DNA of 64,000 bases from Candidatus Levyibacteriota bacterium (GTDB taxonomy: Bacteria > Patescibacteriota > Microgenomatia > Levybacterales > GWA1-39-11). The translations under genes were made by a program, and so were the position numbers. Shown here piece after piece: positions 29,305 through 39,437 of this stretch; within the stretch, counting starts at the first letter, position 1, and every line of letters starts with the position of its first letter. The stretch covers positions 2,394 to 66,393 of the forward strand of contig DAIQMY010000002.1 of assembly GCA_036788695.1 (NCBI GenBank), in the 5' to 3' direction. A model generated the notes under the pieces. The model worked only from the letters and a program-made list of their open reading frames with translations, did no database searches and had not been told where the DNA came from.

Positions 29305-31314
29305 ATGTTTTTATCTCCTTTGGATTTTCCTTTTTGGTTGTATGCGTTTTACTTTATTATCGTTATTTTTGTTTCATTTTCAATTCCTGGGTTAGTTTTA
29401 CTTGGGAGATTAAAACTGGGGAAATTTCAAACATTTGTTTTGGGCACAATGCTAGGGCTAGCGCTATGGATTTGGCAAGGATTTATTTTTGGGTACTTAG
29501 GGCTACGTTTTATGACTTATGTATACATTTTTCTATTTGTACTGATTTGGATATACAGGATAACGAAGAAAAGGAAAATAAAGAATATTAATCTACGCGG
29601 GATAGTATTTGATAAATGGATCTTGGCGATTCTTCTATTGGGAATATGTGTTCAAGTTTCAGCAGTTTGGTTTACAGGAATTTTAATGTCAGGGAGTGCA
29701 TACTTCTGTTGTGGGAATATATCTGATAGTCTTTACCATATTGCTCTCACGAATGAAATTATAAAAACTATTCCTCCCTATGAACCAGGAATGAATGGAG
29801 TAGTTGTTCACAATTATCACTATCTTTCAAGCCTTGTAGTAGCAGAATTAGTAAGAGTCTACAAGCTTCCTCTTGTCGCAGCGGATTATCAGTTTATGAC
29901 TGTGTTCGTGTCTTTATTTTTGGGCTTGACCGCAATAGCTTTTAGTAAAAGTCTTAATTTATCAAGAAGTTTTCTTCTTTGGCTTTTATTTTTTCTATAT
30001 TTTGGTGGTGATTTTATATATCTTTTTTTGCTTATGTTAGGAAAGGGTTTGTCTTTTAGTATGGGTTCACTTGAGGATGGTTCAATTTTTCTTGTTAATC
30101 TGCCTCGCGCCTATGCAGTTACGGTATTATTCTCAATTCTTACCATGCTTGTTTTATGGATCAAAAAAAGAAGAATATTTGAAGGTATTTTGATTGGGCT
30201 TATGATAAGTGTACTTATTGGATTGAAAGTATATATAGGTTTATTCGCTCTTACAGGTATTGTTTTTTTGACAATTTATTATTTGTTAAGAAAGAAATGG
30301 GAGATTTTTCCTATCTTTATAGTGAGCGTATTCGGGTCACTTATGTTTTATTTCCCTGTCAATAGTGGAGCAGGCGGGATGTATTATACAGGTTTTTGGT
30401 TATTTGAAAATTTCATCTCGCAACCTCAATTTGGACTTATTAGAATGGAACTTGCGCGCACAGTATATCAACAACACAACAATGTTTTAAGATTAATTCA
30501 GTATGAAGGAATGTACATTCTTATTTATATTTTTTGTATTTTTGGAAGTAAAATTTTTGCATTTTTTCAAACAAAAAAATCATTATCACAAATTCCTTTG
30601 CCAATACATATATTTTTAATTTCAGGGCTTGTCGTCTCAGGCATATTAGGGTTTTTCTATCAACAAAATTCAGGAGGATCTAACTCATTCAATTTTATTG
30701 TAAACGTATTTATCATAAGTTCTATATATGCAGCACTTGCTGTTTCTTTTTGGCTCAGTAAGCTAACAAAACCAATAGTAATTGTATTTGCTATCGGTTT
30801 CATATTGATTATTATTCCAAGAGTGATAAATCAAGTTTATGCAAATATTATGTGGGTTAGAGCGCAGAAGGGGTTTTCTATTCCAGAGAGCCAGTTATAT
30901 CTTCTTTCCGTTCTTAACAAGATAAATAATAAAAATTCATTAGTTTTAGTACATTCTGATTTTTCAGAACAGGAACAAACAACTCCTTTGACAAGTTTTA
31001 TTTCGGATCGTCCTATGTATTTATCTGGTGAAGGAATATTGATCAGTCACAATATACCCATTGCGAGGCGTGCAAGTTTAAAAAATGCAATATTCAAGAG
31101 TGCTAACGACTTAAAAGTGGGAAAGATCATAAAGAATGAAAATATTAAATTTATTCTTTTGCCAGAAGATGCGGATTTTGTATCTACTGGAAGTGCAGAG
31201 TACTTGGAGGTTACAATAGAAAATGAATATGGTAGATTAGTTCAAGTTTCGGAGAGTAAATTAAATACATTTCTTGATAGAATGAGTAAGGAGAAGATAA
31301 ATGAAAAACTTTAA
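29305..31314 (+). CDS. Large polytopic membrane protein (669 aa) with a C-terminal soluble domain; unassigned, possibly a GT-C/polymerase/ligase-like enzyme
   Basis: About 14 hydrophobic segments followed by a roughly 150-aa hydrophilic C-terminus. No catalytic motif recognised. Confidence 0.45.
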   Translation: MFLSPLDFPFWLYAFYFIIVIFVSFSIPGLVLLGRLKLGKFQTFVLGTMLGLALWIWQGFIFGYLGLRFMTYVYIFLFVLIWIYRITKKRKIKNINLRGIVFDKWILAILLLGICVQVSAVWFTGILMSGSAYFCCGNISDSLYHIALTNEIIKTIPPYEPGMNGVVVHNYHYLSSLVVAELVRVYKLPLVAADYQFMTVFVSLFLGLTAIAFSKSLNLSRSFLLWLLFFLYFGGDFIYLFLLMLGKGLSFSMGSLEDGSIFLVNLPRAYAVTVLFSILTMLVLWIKKRRIFEGILIGLMISVLIGLKVYIGLFALTGIVFLTIYYLLRKKWEIFPIFIVSVFGSLMFYFPVNSGAGGMYYTGFWLFENFISQPQFGLIRMELARTVYQQHNNVLRLIQYEGMYILIYIFCIFGSKIFAFFQTKKSLSQIPLPIHIFLISGLVVSGILGFFYQQNSGGSNSFNFIVNVFIISSIYAALAVSFWLSKLTKPIVIVFAIGFILIIIPRVINQVYANIMWVRAQKGFSIPESQLYLLSVLNKINNKNSLVLVHSDFSEQEQTTPLTSFISDRPMYLSGEGILISHNIPIARRASLKNAIFKSANDLKVGKIIKNENIKFILLPEDADFVSTGSAEYLEVTIENEYGRLVQVSESKLNTFLDRMSKEKINEKL

Positions 31315-33016
31315 AAACATTTTTTTACTCGCTTTTATAGTGCTACTTGCGCTTTTTTTACGTATATATCTTCTAGGCATAGTCCCACCTGGGCTCACCA
31401 ATGATGAGGCTGATATCGGTTATGATGCATACGCTATTCTTATAACCGGGAGTGATCAGTGGGGGAATTTCCTCCCAACAACTTCCTTTATGGGGTTTGG
31501 AGACTACCGTTTACCACTATATACTTATTTGGTAGTTCCTTTTGTTAAAATATTTAACTTAAATTCTTTTTCTGTAAGATTTCCCTCTGCGCTTTTTGGT
31601 TGTGTTTCAGTTATTCTCATATATTTGTTAACTAAAAAGATTTTATTAAAATCACATATAAATAAAGAGGCATCCGGGCTTTTTGCCGCATTTTTATTTG
31701 CTGTCTCCCCTTGGTGCATTGGTTTATCTAGGATAGGTATAGAGTCGAATGTCGCTATTGCATTTATGCTCTTATCTTTACTTTTACTTTTCTACGGATT
31801 TTATAGGCAAAAATTACTTTACTTATCTGCAATATTTTTTGCGCTTACCATATATACATATACATCCTATTCTCTTTTTACCCCTATGGTTATCGTGGTA
31901 AGTGTTCTTTTCTTCAAAAAGGAATATATAAAAATAAAAAAAACTGCCATTTTATCTCTTCTATTGTTTGCAGTACTTGTGATGCCTTTGTTTATTTTTA
32001 AGTCTACAGCTGGGGTACGAGCCTCACAGATAAGTTTTATAAACAGCCAAGACAATATAGGACTACTTACTAATTTGAATGAAAGAAGAGGAAGCTGTGT
32101 AGAAAAATTTCCTCAGATTGTCTGCAAAGTAACGGAAAATAAACAGGCGCTCTTTATCAATACATTTGTCAGAAATTACCTAAATCATTTTTCAGCAAAT
32201 TTTCTATATATTAATGGGACAACAACCCAATACTCAATACTTCCTCAAAGAGGACTTTTCTATGTGATCGATCTGATATTTTTATTATGCGGGGTCATAT
32301 ATTTATTGAGATATAGAAACAAGAACGTTTTTTTTATTGCTATATTATTATTACTTTCACCTATTCCTGATGCGTTGACGGGAGATGGTCATTATTCAAG
32401 GGCATCTGAAATGATTCCCTTTCTCTTAATCTTAGAGGGAGTTGGCGTTGTTTATCTATGGGGTCTTTTGCGTTTTTCTCAAAGTACAGTTAGGTTTATT
32501 GCAAGGGCACTTATAATCTTACTTGTATTTTATTCATCAATATCATTCTTGGCTTCTTACTTTTCATATTTTCCCAAGCATTATTCTTTATATTCTCAAT
32601 TTGGGTATGAAGAATGGGCAAAAATAGTAAAACAGAAGGAAAGTCAGTACGACATAATATATCTCTCGAAGTACGGAAATGACACAAAACAGTATATATA
32701 TTATCTATTTTACACAAAATACCCACCTAGAAAGTTTCAGGAGAAAAAAGATATTGCATACTCGTTTGCAGATGGTGGCTGGATATCAATTGATAAAATG
32801 AATAACATTATTTTTGTTGACAGAATACCATCTGAGAAATCATTAACTGCTATTCAAGATAAGAAAGTGCTGTTAGTTACTCACCCTTCAGAGTTGCCCG
32901 CAGACTTTCAAATAAAAAATAGGCAGGTTGTAAGAGACAAAAAAGGAGACGAAGTATTTGTTTTTGTCGACATGAAATCTTTGCTTGAGTATTATAGTTC
33001 TCAAGCAAAACAATAA
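31301..33016 (+). CDS. PMT_2/GT39-like GT-C glycosyltransferase (F3)
   Basis: 'LTNDEADIGYDAYAILITGSDQWGNFLP'. Confidence 0.7.
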   Translation: MKNFKNIFLLAFIVLLALFLRIYLLGIVPPGLTNDEADIGYDAYAILITGSDQWGNFLPTTSFMGFGDYRLPLYTYLVVPFVKIFNLNSFSVRFPSALFGCVSVILIYLLTKKILLKSHINKEASGLFAAFLFAVSPWCIGLSRIGIESNVAIAFMLLSLLLLFYGFYRQKLLYLSAIFFALTIYTYTSYSLFTPMVIVVSVLFFKKEYIKIKKTAILSLLLFAVLVMPLFIFKSTAGVRASQISFINSQDNIGLLTNLNERRGSCVEKFPQIVCKVTENKQALFINTFVRNYLNHFSANFLYINGTTTQYSILPQRGLFYVIDLIFLLCGVIYLLRYRNKNVFFIAILLLLSPIPDALTGDGHYSRASEMIPFLLILEGVGVVYLWGLLRFSQSTVRFIARALIILLVFYSSISFLASYFSYFPKHYSLYSQFGYEEWAKIVKQKESQYDIIYLSKYGNDTKQYIYYLFYTKYPPRKFQEKKDIAYSFADGGWISIDKMNNIIFVDRIPSEKSLTAIQDKKVLLVTHPSELPADFQIKNRQVVRDKKGDEVFVFVDMKSLLEYYSSQAKQ

Positions 33017-33026
33017 AGCTTTTTGC

Positions 33027-34637
33027 ATGAAAAAATTACATACTAACTTTATTTTATTAGTTATTATTCTATTAGGTATTCTACTACGGGTTGTATTTTT
33101 ATCATCTTCCCCTCCCAGTCTTAATATAGATGAGGCAGCACTTGGATACAATGCATATTCATTACTTAAAACCGGCGCAGATGAGCATGGCAGATTTTTA
33201 CCTTTAGCCCTAGAGTCATTTGGTGATTGGAAACTTCCCATATACTCTTATGTTGCAGTTATTCCAATTGCTGTGCTTAGCCTTTCTGAATTTTCTGTGA
33301 GATTTCCAAGTATCATTTCAGGGATTGTAGGCATAGTACTGATTTATTTTCTTGCCCGTAGGTTTTTTAAGCAAAAGAGCATTGCGCTTTTTAGCGCATT
33401 CTTTTTGGCTGTCTCTCCTTGGAGCATCTACTTTTCAAGAGCTGCTTATGAGGTAAATCTTGCAACTACATTTTTTCTGGGTGGGTTATTACTCTTTTTA
33501 TATGCAATAGGCAGTAAAAGAAAGCGCTTTCTGCTCCCAATATCAGCTTTATTTTTTGGATTGACACTATTTACGTATCACGCATTCATTATTTTTACGC
33601 CACTGTTTTGTATATTCCTTGCACTCTATTACAGGAGAACGCTTTCTGGAAGATGGTATTTTGCAAGTATTACTCTGTTTGTTCTTTTTTGTCTTTTAGC
33701 AGCGTATGTAAACATTGCATCAAGCAGTAAAAAATTCACTACCACAACTGTTTTCACGAGTAAAAATGTGCTGCATGAAAGAGTGAATAATTTAAGGGGG
33801 GATGAGTCAGCTGAGCATCCATTTCTCAAAAAGCTTCACAATCGATATCTGGGAATTCCGTACCAAATTGGACAAAACTATTTACTTTCTTTTTCACCCT
33901 CATTTTTGTTTGATCGGGGTGGCGAGAAGTTGGTTCATAATCTCAACGGCTTTGGGAATCTGTACTTATTTGATGTATTACTGTTGGTGGTAGGGTTTAT
34001 AGGCATGTGTCATATGCGAGAACGTTCTGGGACATTTCTTTTTATATGGTTGATTCTTGCGCCCATTCCAAATGCTTTGACGCTAGATTCTCCGAACTCG
34101 ACAAGACTATTTATATTATTGCCTGTGCTCATTTTTTTGGAAGCGTATGGGGCTTATGTGATTTTGACGGCTTTTGGAAAGGGGATAAAGAGACTTATTT
34201 TGGTTTTATGTATTTTACTGTATATTCTTAATTTTATTTTTTTCCTAGATTCATATTTTGTGCATTTTGCGGTGCAACGTGCTAAGTTTTGGCACTATGG
34301 CTTTAAGGAGGTTGTCGAGATTTCAAATAAGCATCCTGACTCTAACATAATAATGCAGGGATTATACGACTTCCCTTACATATATATTCTCTTCTATAAT
34401 AAATATGACCCAAAACTTTTCAGGGAGGGCGTAGTTTACTATCCAACAAATAATGAAGGGTTTAAGTATGTTAAAAGTTTTGGAAGATATACGTTTGTTC
34501 ATGCGTTATCTGAAATAGAAGAACAAGATGGAGTTTTGTATTTTGACAATCAAAATTTCCATTATTTTGATAAAATTATAGAGCTTCCCAATGGTGACCC
34601 GATTTACAGATACTATTTTAAATATGATAAACATTAA
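33027..34637 (+). CDS. PMT_2/GT39-like GT-C glycosyltransferase (F4)
   Basis: 'LNIDEAALGYNAYSLLKTGADEHGRFLP'. The ATG at 33027 lies 10 nt after the upstream stop. The ORF track gives 32985. Confidence 0.7.
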   Translation: MKKLHTNFILLVIILLGILLRVVFLSSSPPSLNIDEAALGYNAYSLLKTGADEHGRFLPLALESFGDWKLPIYSYVAVIPIAVLSLSEFSVRFPSIISGIVGIVLIYFLARRFFKQKSIALFSAFFLAVSPWSIYFSRAAYEVNLATTFFLGGLLLFLYAIGSKRKRFLLPISALFFGLTLFTYHAFIIFTPLFCIFLALYYRRTLSGRWYFASITLFVLFCLLAAYVNIASSSKKFTTTTVFTSKNVLHERVNNLRGDESAEHPFLKKLHNRYLGIPYQIGQNYLLSFSPSFLFDRGGEKLVHNLNGFGNLYLFDVLLLVVGFIGMCHMRERSGTFLFIWLILAPIPNALTLDSPNSTRLFILLPVLIFLEAYGAYVILTAFGKGIKRLILVLCILLYILNFIFFLDSYFVHFAVQRAKFWHYGFKEVVEISNKHPDSNIIMQGLYDFPYIYILFYNKYDPKLFREGVVYYPTNNEGFKYVKSFGRYTFVHALSEIEEQDGVLYFDNQNFHYFDKIIELPNGDPIYRYYFKYDKH

Positions 34638-36264
34638 AAAAGAGATAATAATTTTATGTGTTATTTTTATCATTGCTCTTTTTGTAAGGTTCTATGATCT
34701 GGCAGGTAATCCGCCTTCCTTAACATGGGATGAGGTTTCTTGGGGGTACAATGCATACACGTTGGGTCAAGTTGGAAGAGATGAGTTTGGCGTTTTTCTT
34801 CCCGTTACATTTCTTGAATCTTTTGGTGATTTTAAACCGCCAGTATATGCGTATCTTTCTATATTGCCGATAAAAATTTTAGGTATAAATGAGTTTTCTA
34901 CGCGTTTTGTTTCAGCACTGTTTGGGTCAATATCAATATTAATAGTATATTTGTTGACGATACAAATATTCTACCAGTCAAAGAAAAAAAAATTATTGGG
35001 ACTTACTGCTGCTGCACTTTTGGCAATATCCCCATGGCATATACTTTTGTCGCGAGCAGCTTTTGAAGCAAATGTTGCGTCATTTTTTATAATGTTTGGG
35101 GTATTTTTATATCTATACTCCACAAGAAGTGGCATTAAATTCTGGTTTTTGCTTATCTCTTGTTTGTCATTTGTTACCGCACTCTATACATTTAATACTT
35201 CACGTGTATTCCTTCCTATTTTTGTACCTCTCTTATTTGCTTTCCGTTATAAAACACTACTTTCAAATTACAAGGCTGTCGTAGTAGCAGTTCTTCCGGC
35301 AATTTTATTGTGTATTCCGCTTTTTATGTTTCTTATAACCCCACAGGCTAAGTTGCGATATGAAGAGGTAAATATTTTTTCAGATATTAAAGTTATTGAA
35401 CGCACAAATCAGGAAATATTAAATGATAATAATTCTAGTTTTTCTAAAATAATCCATAATAGAAGGCTAGCGTATGGAGTAGAGTATGTTAAGCATTATT
35501 TAGATAATTTTGATCCTGGTTTCTTATTTATAACAGGGGATGGAAATCCAAAATTTTCCATACAAGACGTTGGACAATTATACATATGGGAATTGCCATT
35601 TTTAATTCTGGGAATAGGTATGCTTGTAAGAAAACGTGAGGGGTGTTGGTACATCTTGCCCTTATGGATTCTAATTGGGATTATCCCTGCCGCAACTGCG
35701 CGAGAGACACCACATGCATTGCGTATAGAAACAACCCTTCCCGCATTCCAAATTCTAACAGCTTATGGACTACTATTGTCTTATCGTTATATTTTTGAAC
35801 GTTTAAAAAACAAGAAGGTACTGTTTTTACTGCTAGGGGTCTTTGGCATTATTTGCATATCAGTATTTACATACTTTATGCATACATACTTTGTTCATTA
35901 CCCAAAAACATATGCTGGCGAATGGCAATATGGGTATAAGGAAGCTATTAATTTTTCTGAGTCACAAAAGAGTAAATATAAAAAAATATATATTACCGAA
36001 GATTTAGGAAGACCTTATATATATGTTTTGTTTTATGGTAAGTATGACCCAAATACTCTTAAATCAGCAGAAATAACTCGTGAAGCTCTTGGCTTTGTTC
36101 ATGTTAATAGATTCGGTAAGTATAATTTTGCAAAAGAACTGCCATACGGTGAAGACAAGGTATTGTATATTAGTTCACCGCACAAAGTTCCAAATGGAGC
36201 ACACAGACTTAAAAATTTTAAACTTCCTAATGGAGCAACGGTGTTGGTAGCTTATGAAAAATAA
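34624..36264 (+). CDS. PMT_2/GT39-like GT-C glycosyltransferase (F5)
   Basis: 'LTWDEVSWGYNAYTLGQVGRDEFGVFLP'. The probable start is ATG 34624. The ORF track gives 34591. Confidence 0.7.
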   Translation: MINIKKEIIILCVIFIIALFVRFYDLAGNPPSLTWDEVSWGYNAYTLGQVGRDEFGVFLPVTFLESFGDFKPPVYAYLSILPIKILGINEFSTRFVSALFGSISILIVYLLTIQIFYQSKKKKLLGLTAAALLAISPWHILLSRAAFEANVASFFIMFGVFLYLYSTRSGIKFWFLLISCLSFVTALYTFNTSRVFLPIFVPLLFAFRYKTLLSNYKAVVVAVLPAILLCIPLFMFLITPQAKLRYEEVNIFSDIKVIERTNQEILNDNNSSFSKIIHNRRLAYGVEYVKHYLDNFDPGFLFITGDGNPKFSIQDVGQLYIWELPFLILGIGMLVRKREGCWYILPLWILIGIIPAATARETPHALRIETTLPAFQILTAYGLLLSYRYIFERLKNKKVLFLLLGVFGIICISVFTYFMHTYFVHYPKTYAGEWQYGYKEAINFSESQKSKYKKIYITEDLGRPYIYVLFYGKYDPNTLKSAEITREALGFVHVNRFGKYNFAKELPYGEDKVLYISSPHKVPNGAHRLKNFKLPNGATVLVAYEK

Positions 36265-37945
36265 ATTTATACTATCAAAATTTTACGTTCGCATAATTCT
36301 TATCCTAATTATAGGAGTTGCAATTTTTCTAAGGGTTTATGCTCTCGGAAAGGTTCCGTCTTCTCCAGATTGGGACGAAGTAGCACTTGGATACAATGCC
36401 TACTCAATACTTGAAACTGGAAGAGACGAGTATGGTAAATTTATCCCTGTTGTTCTTCAATCATTTGATGACTACAAGCCAGCTCTGTATGCATACTTCA
36501 TAATCCCTTTTCTTAAAATATTCGGTCTGTCTATTGTTTCTGTTCGGCTACCTGCAATTATTTTTGGGGTGATAAGTATTATCACAATATTTTTTATTAT
36601 GAGGGAATTATTTAAGCAGTCTATAAGAATAGAAAAATTTACTATTCCACGTGATTATGTAGCGCTACTCACAACTCTTTTTGTTGCTTTCTCGCCATGG
36701 CATATTCAGTTTTCGCGCGTTGCATTTGAGGCAGGTGTAGGATTGTCTATAAATTTAATAGCAATACTATTTTTTCTTAAGGGTTTGAGGAATAAATATT
36801 TTTTTGCTCTTTCTTTTGTGGTTGGAGCAATAAGTATATACGTTTATCAAAGCGAAAAAGTATATGTACCATTATTGTTTATCGTACTTTTTATTGTGTT
36901 TTGGAAAAGTATTCAAAAAATTTCAAAAAAATGGATATGTCTGTCTTTTGCCTTGGCGTTACTTGTCGCAGCCCCAATGATATTTTATATACTGACAAAC
37001 CCTAACGCGCTATCGCGCGCAAAGGGTGTAAGTGTATTTACTGATACGACAAAGCTATTGGCTTCAAACACAGATAAAATGAAAAGAAACGTAGAGAATG
37101 GAGATATTTTAGGACAGATTATTGATAATAGACGAATTGACTATGTGAAGGCATTTGCATCAGGGTATCTTTCTCACTTTCAGCCAAATTGGCTTTTCTA
37201 TCAGGGTGATGTAGCAAGGCACCACGCTCCGTTCATGGGGAATTTATATCTGTTTACCCTGCCGTTTATCCTAATAGGAATATATGTGTTAATTTTTTCA
37301 GACACAGAGAGAAAAACAAAATATTTTATCATTCTGTATGGCATAATTGCTCCAATACCTGCCTCTATTACAATTGATGTTCCTCATGCAGTGAGGACAA
37401 TAAACTTTATTCCGGTATTTGATGTGTTTGCATCACTTGGAGTCTTATTTTTTGTATATTTCTGCATGAGCAAAAAAATATACATAAGACTTCCGTTAAT
37501 TGCTATATTTTTAGCAATTGTCTTTTTGAATGTGTCTTACTATTTAAATCAGTATTTTGTCCAACAAAATTTTTATAATTCTGAGTATTGGCAATATGGA
37601 TGGGAAGATGCGGTTTTATATACAAAGGATGAGGCTAAAAGCTTTGATCAGGTAGTAGTTACCAATGAATCGCCACTCGATCAATCCTATATGTTCTTTT
37701 TGTTTTATACAAAATACGACCCCCATAAGTACTTGAGTTCAGGCGGAACTAAAGGTGGAAGTTTTGACATGCAGCATACAGCTTTTGATAAATATACGTT
37801 TAGACCAATTAACTGGGATGAGGATAAGTTGCTAAAAAATACGCTATTTATTGGTCGACCGGAGGACTTACCCGTTAATTTTGCAAAAACTGTGTACTAT
37901 GAAAACGGAGAACCCGCTATAATAGTATCAAGAACACATGAATAA
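36254..37945 (+). CDS. PMT_2/GT39-like GT-C glycosyltransferase (F6)
   Basis: 'PDWDEVALGYNAYSILETGRDEYGKFIP'. It overlaps the upstream gene by 11 nt. Confidence 0.7.
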   Translation: MKNKFILSKFYVRIILILIIGVAIFLRVYALGKVPSSPDWDEVALGYNAYSILETGRDEYGKFIPVVLQSFDDYKPALYAYFIIPFLKIFGLSIVSVRLPAIIFGVISIITIFFIMRELFKQSIRIEKFTIPRDYVALLTTLFVAFSPWHIQFSRVAFEAGVGLSINLIAILFFLKGLRNKYFFALSFVVGAISIYVYQSEKVYVPLLFIVLFIVFWKSIQKISKKWICLSFALALLVAAPMIFYILTNPNALSRAKGVSVFTDTTKLLASNTDKMKRNVENGDILGQIIDNRRIDYVKAFASGYLSHFQPNWLFYQGDVARHHAPFMGNLYLFTLPFILIGIYVLIFSDTERKTKYFIILYGIIAPIPASITIDVPHAVRTINFIPVFDVFASLGVLFFVYFCMSKKIYIRLPLIAIFLAIVFLNVSYYLNQYFVQQNFYNSEYWQYGWEDAVLYTKDEAKSFDQVVVTNESPLDQSYMFFLFYTKYDPHKYLSSGGTKGGSFDMQHTAFDKYTFRPINWDEDKLLKNTLFIGRPEDLPVNFAKTVYYENGEPAIIVSRTHE

Positions 37946-39437
37946 TATAAAGAAATATATTAAAAAAAATAAACTACAGCTGGCGATTTTATGTGTAATT
38001 ATTATATGCGCTCTATACTTACGTATGGGTGGAGTGCTTACAAAATCTTTCGCTTATACATATGATGTTGGTCGCGATCTTATTCAGGTTCAAAAAATAG
38101 TAGGAGAGCACAAGATACCCCTTATAGGTCAAACCACTGGTTTAGGCGGATTATACTATGGACCCTGGTGGTACTATATTCTTACTCCTCCATTTGTAAT
38201 TTCTCAGGGTAACCCTCAAGGGATTGTGTTTTTCATGGTGCTAACTGGAATTGCGACTATTATTTGTGGATATATATATGGAAGAAAGGTTTCAGGTAAG
38301 TGGCTTGGAATAATAATAGCTGCAATCTTAGGTCTATCGAGTGCTATGGTTGGGCTATCAAGTCAGATATGGAATCCAAATATTGCACCCCTTGTATTGC
38401 TGATTCTTTTTCTTGTTCTTCCTCTCACAAGACAAGAAAAAAATAGTATTTTTAAAAAAATATGGATAGGTATATTATTGGGATTGTTGTTGGATGCTGA
38501 GATAGTATTTGGAGTTTTGATAATTGCGTCAGTTATCATATTTCTTTTATTAATAGAGAAAAAAAGATTTTTTACTTTTCCGTCAATGGGTCTTGTCATA
38601 GGCCTTTTTGTGATGGTATTGCCGCGTATTGTATTTGAGCTAAGACATGATTTTATTATGACAAAATCGCTTTTAATAAAACACAGTGGCGATCAGAGGA
38701 TATTTGAACCATTTCAATTCTTTGAGGTGGTACCTGATAGATATATTACTTTTTTAAATCAATTTTCTGACACATTTGGCGTGAATAACACTATGAGTGT
38801 TTTAATACTAATAGTTTGTTTTCTCACGTTGTTTTTACTCAGAAAAACTATCCAAAAAAAGGAAAAAGGAGTAATTGTATTGTGTGTGGTTACTATCACA
38901 ACATTTTTTCTTGGAAGTGCAGTTTTTGCACGAGCAGTCTGGGGACACTATTTGGTAGCGTTACCGGTAGTGTATATTATTTTTGTATCGCTCTCATTTT
39001 ACATACTTGCAAGAAAGCACATGATTATAGGTATTTGTATAATAATATTGCTTTGTCTTTCTTCAGTGAGGTTACCTGGAATAATTGACAGTATAAAAAA
39101 TCCGTATTGGGAAGGAAATGCAGCTGTTTATAGAAATCAAGAAGCTGTCATTGACTTTATATATAAAGATGCGAATAATAGACCATTTAATTATATTGCA
39201 TATACTCCAGTAGTACATGATTTTACCTATCAATATTTATTCTCATGGTATGGAATGAAAACCTATGGATATACTCCACGTCAAAAAAGAGCGGATCTAT
39301 TCTATGTTATTATTGAACCTGATTTTGGGAATGAATATCGGATTACTGATTGGCTTAAAATTCGAGAAAAAGATGGGAAAATTTTAGATGAAAAGGTTAT
39401 AAAGGGCGGAATTAAGGTGCAGATGCGAAATCACTAG
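37938..39437 (+). CDS. Polytopic membrane protein, unassigned GT-C-like family M (M1 of 3)
   Basis: 'YDVGRDLIQVQKIVGEHKIPLIGQTTGLGGLYYGPWWYY'. It shares D-x-G-(R/L)-(D/F)...G-P-x-WYY with 39434..41029 and 41757..43238. Confidence 0.45.
   Translation: MNNIKKYIKKNKLQLAILCVIIICALYLRMGGVLTKSFAYTYDVGRDLIQVQKIVGEHKIPLIGQTTGLGGLYYGPWWYYILTPPFVISQGNPQGIVFFMVLTGIATIICGYIYGRKVSGKWLGIIIAAILGLSSAMVGLSSQIWNPNIAPLVLLILFLVLPLTRQEKNSIFKKIWIGILLGLLLDAEIVFGVLIIASVIIFLLLIEKKRFFTFPSMGLVIGLFVMVLPRIVFELRHDFIMTKSLLIKHSGDQRIFEPFQFFEVVPDRYITFLNQFSDTFGVNNTMSVLILIVCFLTLFLLRKTIQKKEKGVIVLCVVTITTFFLGSAVFARAVWGHYLVALPVVYIIFVSLSFYILARKHMIIGICIIILLCLSSVRLPGIIDSIKNPYWEGNAAVYRNQEAVIDFIYKDANNRPFNYIAYTPVVHDFTYQYLFSWYGMKTYGYTPRQKRADLFYVIIEPDFGNEYRITDWLKIREKDGKILDEKVIKGGIKVQMRNH

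Noticed and set aside
32985-33026. Long N-terminal extensions in the ORF track (32985, 34591, 49224, 14051, 9009, 19769, 1173) that overlap upstream genes by 30-100 nt
   Set aside because: An internal ATG lies just after, or a few nt before, the upstream stop. That ATG starts right at the conserved N-terminal helix, so I used the internal starts. The extensions are probably read-through artefacts of allowing TTG/GTG starts.
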